Assembly: GCA_018398765.1 (NCBI GenBank) | Contig: JAHBMJ010000201.1 | Span: 112,886-132,885 of the forward strand | Reading direction: 5' to 3' | Length of the DNA stretch: 20,000 nt | Source: Chromera velia | Taxonomy: Eukaryota | In this document: positions 11,801-20,000 of the stretch, in pieces | How positions within the stretch are numbered: position 1 is the first letter of the stretch | Layout: each line of letters begins with the position of its first letter | Position numbers and translations under genes: made by a program | The notes under the pieces: model-generated | The model's database searches: none | What the model was told of the DNA's origin: nothing | The model's input: only the letters and a program-made list of their open reading frames with translations

Positions 11801-14800
11801 GCCTACTTCCCCCCCTTGTCCTGTCCCTACTCTGTACATATGTGTGTATGTGTGTGTGTGTATGTCTGTGTGGATGAATTCTACCGATCCTTTCAGGAAG
11901 GGGAACTTGAGGAGGCCACCCGCCGGTTGGAGAGCCTCTCCAAAAAGCTCAACAGACCCCCACAACAACAACAACAGCCCCCCTCACCGTATGACCAGGA
12001 GAACAAGCGAGAAGAGGGAGGAAGAGAGCAACAAGCCACTCTCGACGCAGAGAGAAGCCGTCCAAAAGTAAATAGAAAGGCTCCAAAACAAGAGCCTCCA
12101 AGTCATCCGAACTGGGATGCACCCTCTTCAGCAACACTGCACGATGAGAACAGAGCAGCAACCTTCCAAGCAGCCGCAGCAGCAGAAGAAGAAACTCCTC
12201 CCGTTGAAATCTCTCGCAGTCTCGCCCCGGTACCTTCCCACACCTCCCAGAGATCGGTTGCCAGGGCTGCGGTTGCGGCAGCTGCGTCTCTTTCTGTCTC
12301 AATTGCCGCAAAGGTCGAGGAGGCAACACAGGACGCCACGGGGCGGGCGCACGGAGTGGAAACCTCTGCAGCTGCATCAGAAACCGCTCTTGCAAATGGC
12401 AAGGCTCCTCCAGACGGAGCGCGGTCTCTAAAGCGGAATGGTCTGAGCACTCCGAGAGGAGCTCTCCCTTCTCGCTTCGGATGGAACCCCTCGACAAAAC
12501 CCCCGAAGCCCGCACCCCCAATTTCGCTTCTCGAAAAGCCCGCATCTGCCTACTCACCCCCTCCTGAGGCTTCCTCCTTCATCCCCCCTCCGAGGATCCA
12601 ACTAAGGACGCGCTCCCCCTCCCCGTCTATGCCTGCAGCTGCGTCTAGGAGGCCGACGGTCAAACCGAACACTGCAATCCCCTCCGAGACCCACACTGCG
12701 TCTGCCGGGAAGGGTCGGGAAACGTCAGCGCCTCGTTTCCAACACAGCGCAAGGCGTCACCCCCCCCACCTTACCGCACTGGCAGAAGCTCCTGCTGTGT
12801 CGGCGGGGCCCTCTGTGAGCAGGGAGCGGGTCACCCTCAAAACGGGTGACCAAGCAAAGGAAACGGGTGTGCAGAGGCCAGAGAAGGCGGTAGACTCCTC
12901 GTTATCAGGGATCCTACAGGAGTCTAGACCAGCTGTCGCCCCTGTAGTCTCCCCTCCCGTGGGAATGGAGGTGGAGGGGGGCACATGCGGTCGCTCGCCT
13001 TCCATCTCCAGAAGAGAAGTCCAGAGGGGTTCATCAGATCGGAAGGCACGAGGGAGGTCTGCAGGCAGTCGCAGTGCAACCGCGTCTCCTGAGAAGAGAG
13101 CTCGGACAGGAAGGGATGACATGGGTGCAAGGGGTGATCTGGTTGGACCCCTGTTGATGCGGCAACGCATGATGGCAGCAGGGGCAGGGCGGTTCTCTGA
13201 GTCAGGACGTCCGCGTTCTCCTTCCCCTCCTCCGGGATTCTCCACCTTTTTTGAAGCCGTGCGTCCTCTCTTGGACCCCAAGGGACTTTCGGTCTATCGC
13301 AAACTCCCACGACTTCCCTCAACCCAGAGAGGCATGCCCTCCGTGGCACCTTCCACAGAAAGCGTATGTCCCCTGCCACAATCTCCCTTTCCCTCCCGCT
13401 ATCCCACCCCACCCCCCCTCTCTGCTCGAAGAGACCCTTCACAGCGCGTGCCATTCAACAGTACAGGCCGCTCTCTGTTGGACCGTGTGCCCTCTTCGGT
13501 GCAACCTCTGTGCGAGTGGATCCAGACCTTTGCGGGGGGGAAACCCGACTCGGAGACTGGGTGGTTGCCCCGCTCGATCCATCTCTCGAGCGACCTCCAG
13601 CGGCTAGAGGTAAAGCGCTGGAGGGAAAAGGGGCGCGTCACAGGGGACGCGGAGGCAGTCTGTGTTGGCCCTTCAAGTGCAGTCTCGGCGATGGGAAACG
13701 GAAACGAGGGCGGAAGCAGAGGCCCCTCTCCTCGCCCCCCCTCTCCTCCTCCTTCTTTGATTGTCGAGACCTTCCTTCGAGTGGACACGATCAACGCTGT
13801 GCACATTCCGCAAGTCAGTCGGTCAGGCAGGCAGGTGGATGGGTGGTCCGTTTTCCTTCTGTTCCACTTTGAAAGTGAACAAGGCTTCACGTGTGTCTTT
13901 CAAACTACCGCGGGATCACATTGAGCCGTTGCTGTATCAGCCGTCTGGGTGACACCGACATGCAATAATGTGAGTGCGATTCGCTTATTATGTGAGGGAC
14001 AGGCTGGCAAGACACACACAGATGGAGTGAGACGGAAGCACTCAATCTGTCGGTACTCCGTTCGGATTTAACTTTTCTCAATGCCATTTTGTGCCATTCG
14101 TTTTCATTCCATGAGGATGTTGCCTCACTCCTTCTACTCCTTGACGCCGCAGCCTACAATGGATGCGCTGAAGAACGCACGCACAGGAGGGGCAACACGG
14201 GGACAGAAAACTGCGGGAGAAGGGGGGGGAGAGGCACCTGGAGACGCCGCCACAGGGGGCGGGGACCTGCGGCCAGAGGGCCGGGGACCGTCGCAAGCCC
14301 CGTCCCTCGTGCAGGTTGACGGAGGAGCGGCGGGCAGGCAGGAGGCTGGTGAGGGCGTGAGAGTGTGTGGGGATTCTGTGGCCGCACTTCAAGGATGCAG
14401 AATGGAACTGAGGGTCAGTTGGTGTGAGGACGGACGGATAGGTGGTTGTTCTGAAGAGATATGGAAGAGACTGACTGAGCATTCAGCTTACAAACCTGCC
14501 CTATGTTTTTGCACACCCTGTTTTTACCCTTGCGCGGCGTGCCTTTTGATTCCCACTTTCACTTCTGTCGGGCTGCCCTTCTTTTTCTACACGCTTGGTC
14601 TGACTGAAACTCTGCTCTCTCCTGCCAAACTTCCTCTTCCCTTTCGCAATGTGGATTTCCGTGGCTGATTCCCAGTCAACATTGGGGCTTCGACGCATTC
14701 TAGGAAAGGTGTAGACGTGCATTGCTGTGAGAAGGCGAACGCGGAAAGAGACAACGCCGTGCGCCGTGTTTCGGACAAACTGCATCGATCAGTCTCCAAA

Positions 14801-15256
14801 CAGTGCCTGCGCGACTGTTTGCAGATTCTCGGGGAGAATCAGGATCCTCTGGTCCTGTCTGTCCCCTCCCTCGCTGACTTCCTCAGACTCTCCAGGGCTT
14901 TGCGGGTCCTCTTGCGTGCAAAGGACCCTCGCACACGGGAGAGGCAGCAGAGAAGCGTCTCTGTGTCCCGTCTCCGGGGAGGAGACGAAAAGGACACGGG
15001 AATTCATCTTCCTGAGAGCAGAGCGATATCGCCAGGGTCCCGGAAGGCGGCGTTTTGTACAGATGGGGACCACCCACCCCACTCATCCAGCCGCCAGCCT
15101 CCTGGGATTTCGATGCCTTCTTTATGCGGAGGCACGCGACCAGAGTGCGTTCTGGAGAGCCGAACCGTGACCAGCGCTTTGGGACTTCATGTCTGCCCCC
15201 ACTCAGATCTTCTTGTCTTCGCAAACTACATCGTAAACCGAAATTCTCATACCTAA
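5850..15256 (+). CDS. Large (~2030 aa) coiled-coil / Pro-Ser-rich protein with a putative C-terminal PH domain; about 12 exons
   Basis: Frame-consistent GT-AG exons: 5850-7202, 7601-8092, 8374-8727, 9072-9176, 9349-9479, 9806-10136, 10459-11012, (11388-11444 optional), 11520-11634, 11897-13813, 14153-14413, 14825-15256. E/R/K/Q-rich helical stretches (e.g. LKQRIREVEQEFEKETASLAKERRREEQ, LRIVELKKGRDELSKQLENLSRRRTQLEQHL) alternate with disordered segments. PH-like motifs occur at the C-terminus. Confidence 0.85.
8815..8880. repeat. Intronic (CA)n/(GA)n microsatellite
   Basis: acacacac... followed by agagagag/gtgtgt runs. Confidence 0.9.
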
Positions 15257-15467
15257 ACTGTTGTCCCTCAATCAAGGACCAGACAATGACATTCTTAGCT
15301 AGAGATGAGTACAGACATAGTTGCCAAACGTACCGTTAATCGGTGTTTTACCTTTTTATCCTTTTTCTAGTCTTTTTTAAAAGATTGTTAGATATATGCT
15401 TTGTGAGCTAATTTGTTAGCTAAAGCTTTTTCAGATAGTCATAGATATCAAAGTTTAAGTAAGTTTT

Positions 15468-15491
15468 GATTGATTGATTGATTGATTGATT
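15468..15491. repeat. (GATT)6 microsatellite
   Basis: gattgattgattgattgattgatt in the AT-rich 3' flank of the plus-strand gene. Confidence 0.95.
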
Positions 15492-15639
15492 CCGCACAAA
15501 GTGCTTTCCTCTAGGCTTTCCTGCCGAGCTCCCCACTATTGTATAATGTTAATCTGCTGCCAGAGCTAGCGGATACTAGCAGGGCCGCGAGCGTAGAGCC
15601 ACGCCAGCATGTTTTTTAATGTATATAAGCGAGTACGTT

Positions 15640-16320
15640 GTGACCTTGTGATGGGGTTGAAAGAGGGGTATTCATTGCATATCCAAGACCAGCATGATGA
15701 CTGGCTCGCTCAAGAGGTAGTCGAAACAAAAGATTCTGCCACAATCCGTACCGCCTATGATTGTTGGTCCCGCAGTCTGGAGGGTGACCTCACCTCTGAG
15801 GTGATGACCGATCAAGGTGATTGGTGTGAGTGGTTGGCTGAGCAGGAAGCCACAAACCCCTTGACCCCTGTAGGTAGCCACCACTCTCTTGGCAAAATAG
15901 AGTGTTTCCATCGTGAGTGGCTCACGATTTTATGGGGCATTCTAAGAGGTCGAGGTCTTGATGATTCGCATTGGAAGGAGTTTGCTTCCCTTGCCACAGC
16001 CAAATACAATCGTCAGCCTCGAGGGTCCACTCACAAGAGCCCATTCAAGCAACGTTGGGGTGCCTAGCCACCCAGTCTTCCCATCGACGCGCTGCGTGAC
16101 CTCCTTCAGACCTCCCATCGCCCCTCTACCAAGACATCCCCATTCCCCATTGGCTCGTCCGTCCTCTACCATCACCCTGACCATCCCTGCGCTAAGCTTG
16201 CATCCCTCTACACTTCTGCGACTAGCTATTCTGCAGCGCATAAGTGAGCATGTGTTCCGATTGCGTCTTCCTTCTGGCCGGCCCATCCTGTCGCATCGCA
16301 GGTGTATCCATCTCAATGAC
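15640..16320 (+). pseudogene. Retrotransposon integrase: DDE core plus C-terminal GPY/F-like (SH3-like) module, disrupted
   Basis: CDLV...YSLHIQD...VMTDQG...HHSLGKIECFHR...W...A...YNRQPRGSTHKSPF. After TAG at 16065 the same frame reads FPIGSSVLYHHPDHPCAKLASLY; after a frameshift near 16220 it reads ILQRISEHVFRLRLPSGRPILSHRRCI. Confidence 0.85.
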
Positions 16321-17064
16321 AGCCCCCACCCAGACCTTATCTATGTCGTTCCGTTGCCGTTGGACTCCCTTTCCGAGCGCCCGGACATATCCGTTGGGTC
16401 TCCTCACCAGGCGCAGCAGCAATAACCGCAGCTGCAGTCTTCAGACATACAGTGTCTGTCTGACCAGCCGCCCTCTCCCAAGTTTGACATCACTGATTTT
16501 AGCAAAGATGAGCTCATTCTTTGGTAGGATAAGAATACAGGCCGCTGTTTCCTTAGTAGCGTCCGTGCTGTCGACCCTGAAGGTGAGGGACGGGATGAGG
16601 TTCAGGCATGGGGATCAAACGGCAAGCAGCCTCTTACAAGCCGACGCATGCAGCCTGCATGGTGCCCTCTCAAGGGCCGCCCTAAACTTTTGTACGGTGC
16701 GTAAAAACCTTCTAGGTGTGGGCCCAAGCTTTGCTTTCTGGTCCCAGAAGAGGTTGTTGAGCGAAACATTGTCCTCTCTGCTGAGGCGACTCTCCCTTCC
16801 CACCTCTGTGACACTTACCGAAGTGTTTTTTTTGTAAGCCCAGAAACAGTGTTTCCCACCGATCGGTTATCTTTCGATTCCCTTGCCTCTTCAGCAGCCA
16901 CGGCTGCCATCTTCCCTCCTCTCCCCCACCCGACTTCAGTTGCAGGTGCGTCTGTTATGTATTTGTGGAACGAGGACAGAGAGGTGAGGCCCAGTGCGTT
17001 CCAAGCTGCCACAACTCACATTCCTCTCCCACGCCAGGGGCTCATAGTATAACAGCTCGACGGG

Positions 17065-18140
17065 CAAGCCAAGTCCCGCACCGCAGAGTTACAGTCACTC
17101 GCCGACAATGATGCATACAAGCGAATCCTAATCGCAGAAGTAGACGCCGTGCACCGCTGCTCTGGTGTGCCCACCCATTTTGTTGATACCGAGAAGCGTG
17201 TCGAGGAAGGTTCTTGGATGTACAAGTCTCGAGTCGTTGCTGATGGCACTCCCTTCTTCGACCGCTGTGAAGGAGTCACAACGTCCTGCGCTACCGCTTC
17301 CCAGTCTACCATACGCATTGCCCTTGCCATGGCCTTTGCTCACTCCGACTTTGACCCCCGTGAAATCGTTGTGGCCGATGTGAAAACAGCATACCTCACG
17401 GCTCTCCGTTCCGATTCCCTTTATGTCCATCCCCCAAAAGATTACCCAGACCATGGAAAGTTCCTGTGGCTCCTCAACCGCACGCTTTACGGGCTCCGCG
17501 ACTCTGGAAATTTGTGGGACCGCTCTCGCAACAAGACGCTCGCAGCAGCAGGGTGGGTGCCTTCCTCTGTTCGAAGAATGTGGTAGAAATGGACGGGTAA
17601 GCCTGAGGCCCCCACTTCCTGTCTCCTTGGTATCCTTTCCACGTTTGTTGACGACTTTGCCATCCTGCCTATTGGTTGGTCTGCAGTTCAGCTAGTACGC
17701 GAGATTGTAGCCAAAAAAGGTTACCAGATGAAGATCACCAAACCCAAGAATGGAACCCCCTGCTGGGCAGGGGTGGATTTCAATGTGTCACGGGACTCCG
17801 TGCACATCCACCAAACCGAGTACCTCCTATCTCTCCCCCTCCCTGAGGGTATGGGGGATTCTGCAGATTCTTCTGCTTCCGTTCCCTCTTCTGTCCCCAC
17901 TCCCCCTCCTGATTTATTCCTCCTCCCCCCATCATCTCGTGAGCTTCCCTCTGAACCGCCCCGTCTCTTGACAGCCCAGGAAGGAAAAGCCTTTCGTGAA
18001 AGGTTGGGGTGTCTTTCGTGGGTTGCATGAGACACTCGCCCCGACTTGTTACAAGGCTGCAATCAACTAAGCGTTCATTCCTCTGCTCCCACTCATACCG
18101 ATGCTGATTATCTCCTTTCCCTTCTTCGTTATACCTGACG
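17065..18140 (+). pseudogene. Ty1/copia-type reverse transcriptase (RVT_2-like), with stops
   Basis: One frame reads KSRTAELQSLADNDAY, YKSRVVADG, DVKTAYL, LNRTLYGLRDSGNLW, catalytic FVDD at 17644-17655, WAGVDF, IHQTEY, FRERLGCLSWVA*DTRPDL. Stops at 17584, 18028 and 18136. Confidence 0.93.
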
Positions 18141-18221
18141 CACTACCAGTGCACTTCCCATATCCTCCGTATCTCTCGCTCTGATATCCCTTCCATATCA
18201 TCCTCCCTCTCTACTAAGTCA

Positions 18222-18700
18222 TAGAGCGATGCCACATTGGGGTCTGCCGGAAATGCGCATCCACAGTCTGGGTGGCTTTTCACTTTGAAGTCTGCCATCC
18301 TATACTGGCGGGCATTTTCCCAAAAGCGAGTCGCCCGGTCTTCCACCCGAGCTGAACTCTACGCTGCTCATGACCTCGTTGATTGTTTAGAGTGCCTCTT
18401 GCCTATCTTGAGGTGCGTCTGGAAAGCGGGAGTCACGGCTGACACGGCTGAAGTGGGGGTAGACTCCAATGACTTGCTGAAGCTGGTTTCCAGTGAGATG
18501 TCGCGTCCAACCGAGCGTGCCCTCCAATCTGTCATAGAGTTACTTTAGCTCTGCATCATCGAAAAATCGCCCTGCACACTCGTCTTGCACACCCTTTCCC
18601 TCCGTGATACGCTGGATGAAGCCTCCATCCGCCTTGCGTTCATCCCTTCCCATTCCAACGTGGCTGACCCCTTGACAAAACCAATGTCCATTGAGCTTTT
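18222..18700 (+). pseudogene. Ty1/copia-type RNase H, with stops
   Basis: *SDATLG...QSGWLF...WRAFSQKRVARSSTRAELYA...VGVDS...FIPSHSNVADPLTKPM, frameshifted relative to the RT. Stops at 18222 and 18546. Confidence 0.9.
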
Positions 18701-18766
18701 ACTCCTTTTTTTCACTTCTCGCTCCTCTCCTTCTGTCACGTCGACCCCACCTCCGATTGTCCTGTT

Positions 18767-18787
18767 AAAAAAAAAAAAAAAAAGGAA
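18767..18787 (+). promoter_or_regulatory. Putative polypurine tract (plus-strand primer site)
   Basis: A17-GGAA located just after the RNase H and 4 nt before the candidate LTR start TGTAA. Confidence 0.6.
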
Positions 18788-18791
18788 TGCA

Positions 18792-19011
18792 TGTAATCAG
18801 CCACTTATAGAGAGGATGTGGACGTGCATTGGTCGGCCCGACTTGGCCGGTCCCGTGCTGCTGCGTTGCCTATCGGTGCGGCGGGGCTTGAGACAATACG
18901 GAGAAAATGCATGCGTCAATCCATATGTGAAGTTGCTTAGTGAAACACTCAGGGTGATTCGATGGAACAACTCTCGATCGATGAGAGCAGAAGCCGGACA
19001 AACATCTTACA
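18792..19011 (+). repeat. Candidate 3' LTR (~220 bp)
   Basis: Begins TGTAA immediately after the PPT and ends TTACA, giving a 5-bp terminal inverted repeat with TG...CA ends. Composition turns AT-rich right after 19011. No second copy was found in the window. Confidence 0.55.
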
Positions 19012-19893
19012 TTATTATTCCTGTATAAAGAACCGTGTAAGTAACTAGACTGATGTCCTTGACTGGACCATTCTAGTTCTTTTCACTGCCAGTTACTTTT
19101 CAACATACTCAAAGTTAACTGCCAGTGCCATTGATTATCTGTTGAGCCCTCAACTTTTGATTTTTATAAACTTATTAACCTGAAATTAGGCCTGAAAATC
19201 AATCCATAACAGTATTATTGTTACGGTAACCAACCAGGGCTTCTTAAAGCCTTCTTCGCTGTGTTTCAAAGTTGTTTACTTAAAACCTTAAACTATCTTT
19301 TTTAAAAAATAATTTTTCTGCTGCCAGTGCCAGTGTGTCCTCCTGACTTCTCCAATCAGTGGTCACCAGAGTGCACAGACAAGCTACATGATTGAAATAG
19401 TCAAATTCATTAATGGGGTTTAAAGATTTCGCCTAGGGTTTCCTTCATGCATTTAGAAAGAATGAGTTGTAGTCGCTAGTAAAGTAAAAATAATTAAGCT
19501 AGAAAGTTGATGTAGTCAAAAGTGGAATCATGAAGTTGAGCGAATTCATAACAGAGCTAAAAAAGTTTTCTTGGTTTCATACAGAAAAGTAGTGCGATGG
19601 TATGAAAGTAGGGCATGCTTGCGTCGCAGTGTGTTAACGATGTCGCACGCAATGAGGCCCAAGCGGCTCACCCATGTCATGACGCTGGCCGCGAGTGGCC
19701 ACAAGCCCGGGAGGTGCGCATGGATAGGCAATTGATCGAGCTGCATGCAGTTGTGCTTCAAGTAAGCATGCGGTCGTCTCCAACGGCACGCTCACGCCGC
19801 CACCCTCTCCTGCTCGCAACGTCCACTGACCTTGCACGCAACAATCACAGGAGAAAGAGAGATGGAGAGGAGGCTGCATCAGTCACTCAAGCG

Positions 19894-19900
19894 CACACAC

Positions 19901-19938
<38 letters not shown>

Positions 19939-19968
19939 GCACACACACGCACAAACACACACACACAC

Positions 19969-20000
<32 letters not shown>
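19894..20000. repeat. (CA)n microsatellite, imperfect, running off the window
   Basis: More than 100 bp of cacaca with occasional cgca interruptions. Confidence 0.98.

Larger units (their letters stand above)
15640..19011 (+). mobile_element. Degenerate, 5'-truncated LTR retrotransposon with Ty1/copia domain order (integrase, RT, RNase H, PPT, 3' LTR)
   Basis: rve-like integrase motifs, copia-type RT motifs (YKSRVVADG, DVKTAYL, LYGLRDSG, FVDD), and copia RNase H motifs (SDA, QKRVARSSTRAE, NVADPLTK). It carries many in-frame stops and two frameshifts. No gag, protease or 5' LTR was found. Confidence 0.92.

Noticed and set aside
5864..14000. Numerous overlapping alternative-frame and antisense ORFs
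   Set aside because: These are shadows of GC-rich low-complexity exons with no domain-like content.
16065..18548. Alternative genetic code (TAA/TAG read as Gln) suggested by stops at Gln-like positions
   Set aside because: TGA stops and frameshifts also occur in the element, and the long host exons contain no in-frame TAA/TAG. Mutational decay explains the pattern.
18767..18783. Poly(A) tail indicating a LINE or retrocopy
   Set aside because: The RT and RNase H are copia-type and the run is followed by a TG...CA-bounded segment, so a PPT is the better reading.
18585..19028. 147-aa ORF with a poly-Lys stretch
   Set aside because: Only the first part is RNase H. The rest is read-through across the poly-A PPT and candidate LTR.
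1..20000. CRISPR arrays, tRNA/rRNA genes or prokaryotic operons
   Set aside because: No regularly spaced repeats or recognisable structural RNA were seen, and the sequence is spliced eukaryotic DNA.

Overview
Eukaryotic, intron-rich genomic DNA with GT-AG introns of about 75-500 bp, pyrimidine-rich acceptors, microsatellites and Ser/Pro/Gly/Glu-rich proteins. The style suggests a chromerid alveolate such as Chromera velia; this is inference only. The window holds three things. (1) A multi-exon minus-strand gene of unknown function running from about 4950 off the left edge, interrupted by a 365-N gap, with weak RUN-domain-like motifs. (2) A divergent plus-strand gene of about 12 exons (5850-15256, about 2030 aa by manual splicing) encoding a long coiled-coil/low-complexity protein ending in what looks like a split PH domain. 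(3) A 5'-truncated, stop-riddled LTR retrotransposon (about 15640-19011) with Ty1/copia domain order (INT-RT-RNase H), a polypurine tract and a candidate 220-bp 3' LTR. Its integrase looks Ty3/gypsy-like and is followed by an extra unidentified domain before the RT, which is the most unusual signal here. Most short ORFs in the track are shadow frames.
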